Of a stretch of 64,000 nt of DNA, positions 47,271 through 59,759 are shown piece by piece (position 1 is the stretch's first letter; each line of letters starts with the position of its first letter). Made by a program: the position numbers and the translations under genes. Origin of the DNA: Minutocellus sp. GHC0000111 (taxonomy: Eukaryota); assembly GCA_977018835.1 (NCBI GenBank), contig OZ361260.1, positions 2,790,001-2,854,000 of the forward strand, read 5' to 3'. The notes below the pieces were generated by a model that did not search any database, was not told the origin of the DNA, and was given only the letters and a program-made list of their open reading frames with translations.

Positions 47271-47849
47271 TTAAAGAATCGAATCCTCGCCACACTGGAG
47301 AATAAACCCATCCCATCTTTGACTAGGGTCGGCCGATATGGTAACAAGGGGCACCATATCAGCTCCGTCGGTTGCCGAGAACGACACAGTGTCAGGATCG
47401 CAATTGCCGCGAAGTATACATGACCACACAGCGTAGCCAAATGCCGTAATGGTGGCGGTATTTTTTGTAATGTCCAGTGCCAAAGCGGTAGGTGGTTGAC
47501 CACGCAGACCGGGTATCGAGAGCGTAACCTCCATATCCTCTGCAGTTTCCTCCCAGATACATCCATCATCATCCACTCCAGGCACTCTCGACGTTGACTG
47601 CGTACCACTTTTTGTGAGCTGGAATGCCTCTTCGGGCAGAGGAGCATTCAAATCATCCATCGTTAGACCGAGATCCGACACATCGATGCCCCCTTCAGTG
47701 CCGCCTTCGGCAAAAGTCGTCGTTGTACTGCAGCGGGCTTGTGCCGGCGATGGCGCCACAACAAATGCATCAGCATTTGGAATGGCAGCCAATAGACCAA
47801 GTGCGATGATGTTTGCTGCGCGATACTGCTTGCGAGAGAGCATGGTCAC
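47271..47849 (-). CDS. Plastid-targeted protein with CS/p23-like domain
   Basis: Signal peptide plus DAFVV; WEETAEDMEVTLSIP beta-sandwich motif. Confidence 0.65.
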   Translation of the reverse strand: MTMLSRKQYRAANIIALGLLAAIPNADAFVVAPSPAQARCSTTTTFAEGGTEGGIDVSDLGLTMDDLNAPLPEEAFQLTKSGTQSTSRVPGVDDDGCIWEETAEDMEVTLSIPGLRGQPPTALALDITKNTATITAFGYAVWSCILRGNCDPDTVSFSATDGADMVPLVTISADPSQRWDGFILQCGEDSIL

Positions 47850-48028
47850 GCCCGTCAGAGTAGGGAGGGGGTATCGTTACTTCGCATGCGATTAGTGCGT
47901 CAGCGTCGTGCCGAGCCGATGCCAGCGTCATTGCCGAAACCCATGCCCTTTCACTCTTTCACTCAAATTCCCCTTTCCCCCTTTATTTAATCGATAATAA
48001 TTTCAATTCGTGTGATGGATTCTTCATT

Positions 48029-50134
48029 TTACAAGTCTAATTTTACCAAGCAAATCTCTACTAAACTACCGGTATCCTCCTCTTCAAGGGTTGCATCCAT
48101 CCCAGCAGCATCATGGTCTGCGTGGATTATCCATCTGCCGCCTCTGCTGTTTCCACCTGACTCAATGTAGACCCCAACAACGACATCTCCCAAGCAAAGG
48201 ATTGGTGTACCTTCCCGATTGTGGAGCGAGACTTTTTGTCCCCTAAGAAAGTCCTTGATCTTTATTGGGCTCCTTCCCTTCCGCCAGGGTGGTACAAACG
48301 TATTGTTTTGGTTACCATCGACACACTTTAGCTCGAGATCGTTGATTTCGGTGGCAGGTGGTACCAGTAATTGAACTATGTACTCGCCCATCACATTGGC
48401 ATCCCCGATATCTTTCTCACATTGAGATAATTTCCAAGATGCTTTTACGTTTCCATTGCCTCCCTCTGCCGTAGCGGAATCTGCATCATTTACTTCTATC
48501 AAAAGAAAATCTCCATTCCTTCGCACGTTCCAATTCTTACCAACGTGTAGAGTCCACTTTTTCTTTTGAGGGTATAACGAAATATGTTCAGTGACTCTCT
48601 TCACTTGTTCGTAAGACAATATGAGATTGCCTCCTGACTGCGATTCTGCCCAAGTATGAAGTGCCTGCTTGTGCACAATTGTAAACATTCCACCTGGTGG
48701 AATTGGAAATATACCCCGGTTTCCTTCAATTGGATCAGACTCCGAGGCAAAAGATCTGCTTTCACTTTTCGACTCTGCTCGTCCAGGCTCTCGAGGCGTT
48801 TCTGTTGTACCGAGTGAATTGCAAATGAAATTATTAGATGCAAATTATGAGACCAACATAAAGAAAGAAAAAGGATAACCTCCTAGTTCAGTCGACTCTC
48901 AGCAGCAACTTACGTGCAAGATATCCTTCCCTCCAACCATGTCACCAAGAAGCGGTAACAACTCATTGCGAACTCGATTCCGCAAATATTTGTTTGATTC
49001 ATTGCTTGAATCTTCTCTCCACGTCAATCCCTGGGTGGTGAGAAAATCTTCGATGTCAGTCTTTGCTATGTCAAGCATTGGCTTGGCAAATACGACACCG
49101 CCGTGTCCGATTCGTTGGACAGCGTCCATTCCCGATAGGTTCGAAATGTGGGCTCCACGGAGTAATTTGAGCAATACGGTTTTGTCACAACCATCACGAT
49201 GGTGGGCAGTCAAGATCACACTGCCGAAGCTTTGGTTCTTGCTAGCGAGAACATTTGCCAGTTGGATCAAATTTGCCCTCCTCCAATTCCTCGCTGCATC
49301 TTGTGAAAAAGAGTTTTTCTGCCCGATATCGGCGTCGTCATCTTCTCCCCAGCAAAACGAATGAAATGCAAAGCCAGCTTCCGATGCCAGATTTTCTACG
49401 AACAATTTGTCACCATCACTCTCTTTGCCCCTCTGTTGGTGGTCAAAATGAACTACGTGAATCTCGCAGGGTATTTCGTTGGTCGTAGCACCTCTGCCTT
49501 GTCCTATCGTCTCAGACGTTCGAATGATTCTTGTATTCCTTGTTGAATCTTCAATTTTATCTGTCAACTGCTTCATCGCATGAAACAGAGCAATTGAGTC
49601 ACAACCACCACTGACTGCAAGCAGTACTGGTAAAGGAGAATCATTCGTTGGATCTTTGACTTCCGCAGTATCTGTCAGAACCTCGGGAATTATATTGCTA
49701 ACAAAAGATTGTCGTATCGAGTCCAGGAACTTTTGCGTTCGAATTGAGGCATCGTCAGCATTCTGTCTTTTTGCACCCAGGTGTGTCGAACTAATACATT
49801 TACTTTTGGGTTGTATCCTCGTGTTTGCCATCTCTATCGCGCGCATGTGTCGCTTCCGATTCATCGAAAGGTTGTAGTCACTAAAGAAGGCTCTTGAATG
49901 GACTGCATGACTGGCGGGTGAAAAGGCGAGGCATGCATCACCAGTTCTGGGCATCGAAGCTATCAAAACCCTTCGAAAACACAAGAAGCCCGATCCCTTC
50001 TGGGCCAACATGGCCGTAGCAGTTGACAAGCAGTGAATGGCTCGACGCCGGCTACCTGAGCGGTGACGTTTCGAGTTGGCACTTCTGTTGGCGTTGGCGT
50101 TTGTGCTGGAGGACAAACCCTGCCTTTGACGCAT
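48029..50134 (-). pseudogene. tilS: tRNA(Ile)-lysidine synthase (organellar), intron 48913-48802, frameshift near 48750
   Basis: AVSGGCDS PP-loop, HFDHQQR, AHH...LLRG, WREDSSN..YLRNRVR and C-terminal IKDFLRGQKV...R..P. After the intron the frame switches before MFTIVHKQAL. Confidence 0.8.
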
Positions 50135-50403
50135 GGACAGGCTCCTCAAGCTATCGGTGGAAATTTTGAATGGTGATACGGGTTCAGTATCTCGGTTGCG
50201 GTGGCGCTCTCGTGCGGTTTGAATGGTGGTCGGTATGGTCTACGTCTGGCTACGTAGCTGCGGGGCATGCATGATGATGGCATGATGCCGCGCCTCTTCG
50301 GCTTCATGCGGTAATGGCCGTAATGGTATGGTCCCGGATTTTCTTGATCCCGATGGCGCCACAGGCGCTGATCGAGCAAACACTTCCATCGCGAGCGACC
50401 ACC

Positions 50404-51204
50404 ATGAGTTATTGCCACCGCCGCCACGGCCACGTTGTTTGCAGTATTTTTGCATTATTGTCGGCCGTAAGCTGTGGTGATGCGTGGAGCACTGATAAGT
50501 TCCGCTCGAACTTCGATGGCCATCCAGCCGTAAAGCCTGGTGACATCAGGAGCAATATCGGTAACCAGTGGCAACATGTGAAATCAACCGTCATCCAGTC
50601 AGCCTTTGTTGCGTCCTTATTGGGTGGTGCATTTTTTCTACCTGTTGGACCTGCCGGTGCTTTGGGAAGTGATCCTGTGACAGATCTCAGTGCTGGGCTT
50701 AGTGAGGCCACGGAATATCAACCCCAAATCAAGTTCAGCGGGAACCGACCGAACCAGGGTCCAACCCCGAGAGGTTCACAGGCGCTGCAAGTTCTCCCTC
50801 AAAAGGCGGGTGGGGCGAGCCCAATATTGCAGGGTCTGATCTATGTGGATAGATCAGATAGTCGACCAAGTTTTGCCGATACACTGGTGATAACAGCAGG
50901 AAGCGCGGAACGACCCGATGACGTTCTGGCAGGAGCCAAGATTCCGGTGACAATGGCTCGATTTCCGATGCAGTTTAGTATGTATCAGGCCAATATTGCA
51001 AGAGGCAAGGAGGATCTATGGTCCAAGGCAATGGATGGAGATATCATTGTGACAGCTCGAGTGTGTCCGGAGGCATCAACGCTGCCTTGTAATGATGCTG
51101 AAAGCACATACAAAGCCAAAGGGATATCAAAAGTTATTCGCAACTTACCCGGCATGAATGAGGGGACATTAGTGAGAACTGCAATATCGTTGCCGTTAAA
51201 GTAA
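50404..51204 (+). CDS. Putative plastid/thylakoid-targeted protein with C-terminal Ig-like domain
   Basis: Signal peptide plus DAW, a second hydrophobic stretch ending A-x-A, and a beta-rich C-terminus (RFPMQFSM, IIVTARV). Confidence 0.6.
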   Translation: MSYCHRRHGHVVCSIFALLSAVSCGDAWSTDKFRSNFDGHPAVKPGDIRSNIGNQWQHVKSTVIQSAFVASLLGGAFFLPVGPAGALGSDPVTDLSAGLSEATEYQPQIKFSGNRPNQGPTPRGSQALQVLPQKAGGASPILQGLIYVDRSDSRPSFADTLVITAGSAERPDDVLAGAKIPVTMARFPMQFSMYQANIARGKEDLWSKAMDGDIIVTARVCPEASTLPCNDAESTYKAKGISKVIRNLPGMNEGTLVRTAISLPLK

Positions 51205-51325
51205 TGACGACAAATATCAGATCTTTTGTGCTGCCGCATTCAACTATTGTGCTATGCTTATTTTTTAATGTCAGAAAGGAATATCGCTGACGCTAAAGTA
51301 ATGATGACTCTATTAAAAAATAAAT

Positions 51326-52612
51326 CTACTCATCAAAATTTCGTGGCTTGTAACGAGATGGGTATTTTTCGACGTGCTGCAACCACTCTTCATCGCTTAG
51401 CTTTTCATCCCATGGTGCGCCAAATTGCAAAGCCTGGTAGTCGGCATATGCCCGATTGATTTCATCGCCAGTGTTCATGACCATGGACCCCTGAGCTGCA
51501 ACTGGTTCATTCAATGGCTCTCCAGCGAGGAGAAGGAAGTCGGCTTCGTCTTCTCCGTCAGCTTCGACCACCAAGTCAGTTCCATATTCTCCCAAGAATG
51601 CTGTATGATGAGTCGGTATCCTTTGTCCTGCAATTATGATTGATCCGCGGCGAACATAAATGATTCCAGTCAAATGCGATTGTGGCATGATATGCTTCCA
51701 TTTGGATCCCTTTTCCATCATGACATGCAATATGGCTAAATCTGAATACGTCTCCACACTTGCTGTTTTGCCTCCATGCTCTCCAGCTATTACAATTGTT
51801 CGCGTTGTGCCAGCACCATCTGTATTCTCCACCACGGTTGGTGTTTGCTCGTCTCCTCCCAGCAGTTCCACCTTGGGCGGAACCAACTTGAATTGCGACG
51901 GTACATTGAGCCATAGTTGATACAATTCTTGTGAACTGGGTTGGAGGAACTTTGGCAACGTTCCCTCGTCGTCTGGCTGAATATCCCACATTTCTTCGTG
52001 CAACAGGCCTGCCCCTGTCGTCAGCCACTGGCTATGTTTTCCCTTGTGTCTTTCCTCCGCGCCATAGTATTGCTTGATTCCCATCGAATCTCGGTGCTCG
52101 AACCCACCCTTCAATATGTATGTCAGCGTGATGAACCCACGATGTGCGTGTGCGGGAAATCCCTCGGGAAAGAACGTTCGCTGAATGTATCGAATCGGAT
52201 CCCACGGAGCAAAGGAGTGTCTGTGATGTACAAGCATTATGAACGGCGATGTGCTTTCGGGCGGGTTGAAAAAATTTGGACACACTCATCCGCCAACTTT
52301 GTCCTCAAACTTGGCCGCGGTCTCCTCCCCAATAAGCTTCGATAGGAAAAAGAGAGCCACGCCACTCCAAACTGGCCATACCGGCAAACGCGCAAACTTC
52401 TCCGTTGCTTTCACTGTTCGGGGACTCGTGGTGGTCGAGGTTGGCGCTGCTGCTACATTTGCATCTGATGCGGCAGACGGCGGTGATGAGGAGAATCTCG
52501 CACTTGGCAAACGCACAACAGCAGGCGACGCAGGTGCGAGGAATGCATCGCAAACAGTGAACGATAGGGATACCAATACAATGGCGGGCGCCCTCATCTT
52601 GGCATATGTCAT
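51326..52612 (-). pseudogene. Plastid-targeted pirin-like cupin with an in-frame TGA at 52286-52288
   Basis: GFPAHAHRGF, HRDSMG, TGAGLLHEE, QLWLN and EPVAAQGSMVMNT. The N-terminal ORF (signal plus DAFL) is in frame but separated by a single stop. Confidence 0.85.
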
Positions 52613-52783
52613 GTGAGGAAAATGAGCTGGTGAAGTGGCCTTCCTTCCATTTGTTTTTCAAAAAAAAAGTGGAAGGAAGAAAGGAGCCCGGACCAAGCGT
52701 TGGGTGCATTGGCTGTATCACAGCCAACATTGCCAGCAAGATGAAGCGTCCACGCCACGAAATCGGCGGTGCTACTAGCAACA

Positions 52784-55700
52784 ATGGACGCACGTATTGC
52801 TGCCATTCCCCTTTGGTCTCGTCGTCGTCCTCAACTGGACCAGCCCAACAAAAAAATGCGAGGACCAAAACTAATGACGGTCTCCTGCTTGCCAAAATCA
52901 TGCGTTGCATTGGCCCTCACCACCCTGCTCATGGCTTCCACGGTGGTCGGAATTGCAGCCACGGCAACCCGAGCGGATGACGCGCTAACCGAAGATTCCG
53001 TCGTTTTGATCTTGGGAGCCGCTGGATTCATCGGCTCCGAACTGGCGATGGCGCTGCACAGGACGTACAATCCACGCAAGCTGCTGTGCGTCGATTCCAT
53101 GGCGTCCGGTTTGGGTCCCGGGGGGTCCGCCCTCAGTGCCACGGGCAACATGCAAACGGAAAATGACTGGAAGGAGGGAATGGCCGGGAAGAACAAGAAC
53201 TCACTCAAAGCTCGGACCGAGGAGGAGCTTGCTTTGTTCGAGTTCAAGCGGCAGCGGGCCTTCCGAGTTCTGCAGACCATCGGAGACCGGGCGCACTTTT
53301 ACCGGAGCGACTTCCGCCCGACCATACCGGAATACTTTGATACCGGCGAGGTGCCCCTGTTGGATACCATTTTCCAGTCGCATCCCGACATTACGCACGT
53401 GGTCCATCTGGCCGATCCGTACCATTCGGCCATGTTTGACAAGGATGCAAATGGAGTCGGACTAACCCAGGCCGTGCCACGGACCAAGGATTCGACAAAA
53501 AGTGGTATGATGGAGGCCATCATGGAACAGCTGCTCAAGGTGAAAAGGGAGAAGGGTGCCGACGCCGTCCCGCATCTGGTGTATGCCTCCTCGTTCGAGG
53601 TTTACAATCATGTGTATCCCTATGACAAGGAGGAGGATAACCCCAATCCACCGCCGTTCCGGGAGGATCGCAACATTACCGTTCCGTCGACGCTTCGAGG
53701 CACCTCCAAGGTGATTGATGAGATTTTGGCAACCACGTACAACAATTTTCATGGTTTGTACAGCGTTGGGCTGCGATTCTTTCCTGTCTATGGCCCTTGG
53801 TAAGTGCCGATACCGCAGGCTGCGCCAAGGATATCTATAGTTTCCTTTGTGTTTGCCTTTTTTCGTTTCTCATCATGATACATTCCGTATAACTGATTTG
53901 GTGAATTCTTCTCATGAACAATAAAACAGGGGTCTCCCCGGCAGTCCATTGTTCGAGATGGCAGAACGAGCAGTTTCAGATCCGTCGGCTCCAATCCTCG
54001 TTGAAGGTAGACGACGGGGTAATGCCGGTGCAGATCAAAAGGATGGTGACGACAGTGGCAGCTCAACTCATTTGAGAAGTGGTGGAGAGCAACTTCCCGA
54101 CGATGTGCGTGATTATGTTTACATTGACGATGCCGTGGATGCCATCATGGCGGCAATGCAGTACCGACCAAGGGCTGAGTCTGCCGTGGACGGTAATGGC
54201 GGCTCTCCCAACCTCATGATTAATGTCGGCAGTGGGAGAGGATCGACATTACGGGACGTGGCAGGCATAATGGAGGAGCACTTTGCCCGATCGTCGGAGG
54301 GAGCGAGAAGCGTGACCAAATCCAAGAAAGATGACAATGTCAACCCATCGGTGTCCATTGCATCGACGGAACGTGCTGAAATCCTCTTGGGCTTCACTTC
54401 GAGGGTATCGCTGGAGGAAGGCATAGCGAATATTCTCGCTTGGCATTTTGATCGAGCATTCCCATATGGTGGGAAGCCACCTACTCCAGGCAGTGCCAAG
54501 GCTCGAACGTCTGAGGGTGAGAAAGAAAAGATCGAGATTAATGCAAAGAATGGTCTGACTGGGGGGCACACTATTGCCGATCACGGTATCGAAGCCTGTT
54601 CCCCTTACGACAAGGAGTGTCTTCATGGAGCACCTGTCTTTCCATGCGCCTCGGAGTGCTCGCACGAGGCGCAGTGCATCAAGTCTTACTTTGATGATGC
54701 AACCCATATTTCTAGATCGATCACCGCTGGCTGCGATGCTGTTTTGTACACTGTGCATCTTGGCGATAATGTTGAAAACATCCCTTCGGCCCACACCGCA
54801 GTATCAACTGACTCGGTCCCTTATTTTGATGACAATGGCAGGCGTTGTAATGTGGCATTTGTCTCGGAAGGTTCAACTCTGGTCCGACGCCTCAAGAAGG
54901 AGAAGGGCCTTGCGCCCTTTTTGTCTGTTTCGGAAGAATTTCTTCGGCGAATCAACGATGGGGATGGTCGGGGTGCCGCCAATGTACTCATTACCCACGG
55001 CTTTTGGACTCTCATTCCGGTCGCAACACCGCCTCGTGGATTGTCTCAAGAAGCGTCCTTGGAGGGTAGTGATGGTTATGATGACTGGGACCTCCTGCGA
55101 TTGGTTCCCAAGGTATCGCCCGGTCTTTTCTTTTCCGGCCAAACGAAGCATGCCATTTACGCCAGTCCTGATATCACCTTCGCCAATATCCACACTTTGC
55201 TTCGTGAAGCCAAAATGCAACCCTACAAGGAGGGCATGCGTGGAGCAACCGCGGCGGTAGTTGGGGATGGTCATGCCGAGGCTGAGAGAAGACAGGCCAA
55301 AGGGCGTAATGCAAAGTTTGTCGATGAAGGTGCGCTGGGCAGTTCTCGTGCTCGTTCCGGGTCTCTTCAATTACGTGCGTACAACATGATTCGCGTAGGT
55401 TTGCAAGGAGAGATTATGGGAGGAGGTGAAATTCCCATTGCTGATTCCTCGTGGATAGTACACTCTCTCGGTATTGAAGATGCCCGCCTCTTTCGGTGCG
55501 ATGTCCTTGGAGAAATCATTCAGTGGGAGGTTGGATCGGACGAGCGATCGCTTGAATTCGTTATGGGATTGCATGATCTATGGAGTCGTGTCATCGTTTC
55601 GTGGGGCGGCGTTGATCCGTGGTGGGAGAAAAGTGGATCTGGGGAAGTAAGTGTAGTTCCCGAAGCCCCGGTCACCTCGGCAGCATCGCCAGAGACCCCT

Positions 55701-55940
55701 GTTGAAAAGGTCCAATCGAATCGGCGAAGGTTGACCGATCTATCCAGCCGAAATGTAGGTGTTGTGGAGGATATGAATGGAGAGAGGAGGAGGCTCGACG
55801 AAAGATCTGAAGAGAGTGGTGAAAGCGGCACTTCGGGTTCATGGATGGGCGTTCTCTCTTCTACCGAGGTGCACTATTTTGTCCGCATTCTTACATCGTC
55901 TGCTGTCGGTGCTGTCCATGTTGAAGAGTATTGTTCTTGA
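52784..55940 (+). CDS. Golgi-type membrane-anchored NAD-dependent sugar epimerase (UDP-glucuronate 4-epimerase-like) fused to a C-terminal DUF616-like domain; intron 53800-53929
   Basis: TM anchor, LGAAGFIGS, THVVHLA, YASS, GLRFFPVYGPWG and RDYVYIDD. C-terminal Cys-rich linker then VLYTV..CNVAFV..WTLIPV..PK.SP.LFF. Confidence 0.75.
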
Positions 55941-56152
55941 TCTAAAATCAATACGTAGATCTAGTCAGTTCTAGTCTTCTACTAGGCCTCGAGACTAGCT
56001 AGAGAGTGCCTTGCTAGCTGCGGTACTACCGTAGTGTATAGTCGCCATACCGATGTCATTATCGTCATTTCAAGGTAGGCTTAGTAGCGTAGCTACGTAG
56101 CTCTAGAGTGGCTACTAGGACCGGTCCTAGCTAGACTAGACTATCTACTAGG

Positions 56153-56537
56153 TTCATGTATGATAATTTTCTACATAGACGTTTATAGGATCGACATAAT
56201 CAGTCAATGAGAAGTAAAGAAAGTAGATCTAGAGCCAGAGAAGCCAACCGCAAATAAATAATTACTCATAGCGCCGTTCAGGTCCACTTCTAAATCCTCT
56301 AAACTGCTCGTAGTAACCATATTCTCGACTCGAATGACGAGCCGAGAATCCGTCACCATCAGAGCATCTACCAGTCTCAAAAATGATTCTTTGCCTCCTC
56401 AGCGACCCTAGCTGCCTCTCCTCTCGAGCCTCGAACAAAATGCAGTCGTGATCTCTTGTGCAGAGAGAGACCGCGGGCAATGGCACCAGCAATCGCTCGA
56501 CGATACAGGTGTAAGGTGACAGAATATGCTCCACCCT
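56153..56537 (-). mobile_element. Dispersed ~390-bp repeat, copy 2 (inverted relative to copy 1)
   Basis: Reverse complement aligns with 19942-20322 and starts at the same AGGGTGGAG; one extra T shifts the frame. Confidence 0.6.
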
Positions 56538-56774
56538 GTACGTAGTATCAGTTATTGCTAATATTCATGTATGTTTATGAGGATATCGTAGGCGACTGGC
56601 CGAGCTGACGATCAACAAATGGTGAAGGGAGAGTTCAATGAATGCGAACTCTGTTGTACCCTTCTCAACCACTATCGAAAGCTTCTTGTGTGGCGCGCCA
56701 TCGATTCTTAGTACTACAAAATGCCAGAATAATACATCTATTGGACTTCCGTCAGACTTTCGTGTCGTGAACGC

Positions 56775-59759
56775 TTATCTTCTTCCTCCAGGGTAATATC
56801 TGCTGTTGCTGTCGCTTGCAGTGCCACTTTGGCTCCCGCTTGGGTCGCTGCCGCCGGAATCCCCCTTGGACGACTTCGATGACTTGCTTGACTTCGATGA
56901 CTTGCTTCCCTTGCCCGAACTAGATTTCGATGATTTTCCGGACTTTGAGCCCTTGCCCTTGCCAGACGAAGATCCACCCTTGCCCTTGCCAGATCCGCCG
57001 GAGGCGCCTGAGCTACCGCTATCTCCAGAGCTAGAGGGAGCAGTTCCAGAGCTCGAAGTTGAAGGAGAGGGCGGAGGAGCAGTACCGGAAGATGATGTCG
57101 ATGGTGACGGGGGAGGAGCAGTAGCCGACGACGATGATGATTTAGAGCCTCCAGATGGAAGAGTCTCGGATGATGACGGCTTTGATGGAGAGGGAGGAGC
57201 GGGGGCGCTCCTTGATGACTCGGTCGATGGAGAGGGCGGAGGGGGGGCGCTCTTCGAAGACTCGGTCGATGGGGAAGGAGGAGCGGGGGCGCTCTTCGAA
57301 GACTCGGTCGATGGAGACGGCGGAGGGGGGGCGCTCTTCGAAGACTCGGTCGATGGAGACGGAGGAGGCACCGACTCGCTTCTCGAAGACTCGGTTGATG
57401 GAGAGGGCGGAGGAGGCGCCGGCTTGCTACCTGAATGGTCTTCAGATCGGCTCGATCCAGAGCTTGGTAAAGAAGGGTGCGACGGCTCCGGAGCAGGCGC
57501 AGAGGCCTTGGACTCCTCGGAGACACTCGGCGGTGTCTTGGGCGAAGGCATACTCGGCGGAGTTTTGGGCGAGGGGGCTGGAGCAGAGGCCTTGGACTTC
57601 TCGGAGACACTTGGTGGTGTCTTGGGTGAAGGGACTGGCTCAGGAGCAGGTGCAGAGGCCTTGGACTCCTCGGGAACACTTGGTGGTGTCTTGGGTGAAG
57701 GGACTGGCTCAGGAGCAGGCGCAGAGGCCTCGGACTCCTTTGACTGAGTCTCTGTCGGTGCCTTGGTCGGTCTCGGGGTGGCCAAATCCTCGGATCTGCT
57801 CTCCTCCTCCTTGCAGAAACCGTAGTTGGCCTCGGTGGAGCAGGTACCATCCCTGGGGTTCTTGGCCTGAGCTTCGGCGACAACGGTCATGCAGTTGCAG
57901 CTATTGACCATGATGGGCTCTTCGCACTGCATGACCTTCTCACCGGGGCAGATCATAGCGTTATCGCCATCGACAGTCACGTCCTTCCTGCTGACCATAT
58001 CCCCATTGGTGACGGTTCTGGAGGCGGTGACGTCGAGATCCCTCCAGTAAGCACAGGTGTTGCCAGTATTTTCAATTTCATAGCAGAGCTTGATCTCCTC
58101 GACGCACTGGTTCTCGCCAACGACGGAGAAGCCACTGTCGGTAGAGCAGGGCATGTTGAAGCTGTTGCTGAAGGGGGCCTTGGCAACACAGGTGATACTG
58201 ATGTCGATCTCGCAATCATCGCAGATGTCGACGTTGAGGTCGCCGTCGGCGGGACATTCGGCACCATCCTGAGTGGCAACAAAGTCCATGGTCGACTTGG
58301 ACTCGACGCACTCGCAGATGTTGGCATCGACTGTGACGCAGTACGCGGCGGGGTTGGCGCGGCTCTTGCAGACCTTGCAGTCGTTTGTACCGTCGCCCAT
58401 ATCCTTGGTGTCCTCGCAGAGCATGTCAAGGAAGTCGGGGATCTCAACACCGTTCATGTTGGCCTGAGCCTCCTCAAGAGTGAGGCACTGGGCAGCGTCG
58501 GCGTTGTCCTCGTCGCCATGGTGGGCTTCGAAGCAGTACTCCATCGTGACCTCGCAATCGTTGGTCTTGCTGTAGATATCGTCGTCGTTACAGTCGGCGA
58601 TGGCGTTGCCAGAGTCCTTGTCCTTGACGGTACAGGTGATGGCGGCCTGGAGGGGAAGTAAAACGGAAGTTAAGCGAAGAAGAATGCAAGAATGGATGTG
58701 ATGTGTGAGCAATCGACGACATACAAGTATGTGGAACCCTTTTACGAGCCTCCAAAACCAACACAATACATTTTACTTACGTCCATATCGGTGGTACACT
58801 TGGGAGCAGCCGTAGGCGAAGCAGTAGGCGGAGCAGTTGGCGGAGCAGTAGGCGAAGCAGTCACAGTATCCTTGGACTCAGGAGGGGTAGGAGCCTTCGT
58901 GGGAGAAGCCGTAGGAGCCTCTGTGGGAGAAGCAGTAGGTCCAGGGGTGGGCCTGGGAGTAGGACCGGCAGTAGGACCGGCAGTAGGATTGGACGTGATG
59001 AGAGGAGCAGGCTCGCTCCTCGACTCGGTCAAACCAGGCGTAGGGGCGGGCGTGTCGTCGTCCCTGGACTCCTCGGACTCCTCGAACTCGCAGCAATTGT
59101 CACGGCATTTCTTGATGCACATGTCCTGCTCGGAGCTGGACAGACCATCGTCGCGGCAGTCGCCATCGGCGAACGGTCCTTCGTCCCTCTTACACTCGCT
59201 GAAGCATGCCTGCTCCTCCTCCCGGTCGCACTTGCGCTCGGGACGGTCGGGGATGTCAATGTCCTCGTTGTCCTTTTCGCAGCACTTGGCACGGCAGGAC
59301 TTGGTACAGGGATCGCTGGGCTCCTGGCAGTCGTTCTTTTTGCGGCACGTCTTGACGCAGGCCTGCTCGGTGGAAGTATCGCAGTGAAGACGACGGTGGG
59401 CCTGTGTGGCATTTGTGGAGAGGAAGTGGGCGGGGATGTGAAATGTGGGTGGGTGAGTTCAACTCAAATAAATATGGAGGAAAACACGTACTAGTACGAG
59501 CAATAGTTGTGACTCTCTCTCTCTCTCTCCCTCGACAAAATTGTCACAAGAAGGGGCGATATGAGGGTTGACAGCAAGATACAGAAAGAAAGAAACAAAT
59601 CGAAAAAGAACAAGAAGCATAACTTACAATATCCACAACATCTTCCTCAAAGGCGGCGAGATTGTTCAGATGTCTCCGGCGGAGGTTGTTCCGTCCGGCG
59701 GCCACTGGTGCAGCAGTGGCCAAGACCAGCAGGGCTGCGGTCACAAGGTGAAGCTTCAT
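56775..59759 (-). CDS. Secreted cell-wall / silaffin-like protein; exons 59759-59628, 59401-58781, 58646-56775
   Basis: Signal peptide, RRHL/RRL pro-sites, Cys-rich domains, PTxAP and SPSTESSKSAP repeats, C-terminal KSGK/KSSK/KGSK cluster. All introns are phase-0 GT-AG. Confidence 0.82.
57190..57735 (-). repeat. Coding tandem repeats (39-nt PSPSTESSKSAPP units and ~75-nt ESKASAPAPEPVPSPKTPPSV units)
   Basis: Repeated gaagactcggtcgatgg and ggtgtcttgggtgaagggactgg units. Confidence 0.85.

Noticed and set aside
56800..57750. Regular repeats as a non-coding array
   Set aside because: They are in-frame coding repeats of the secreted protein
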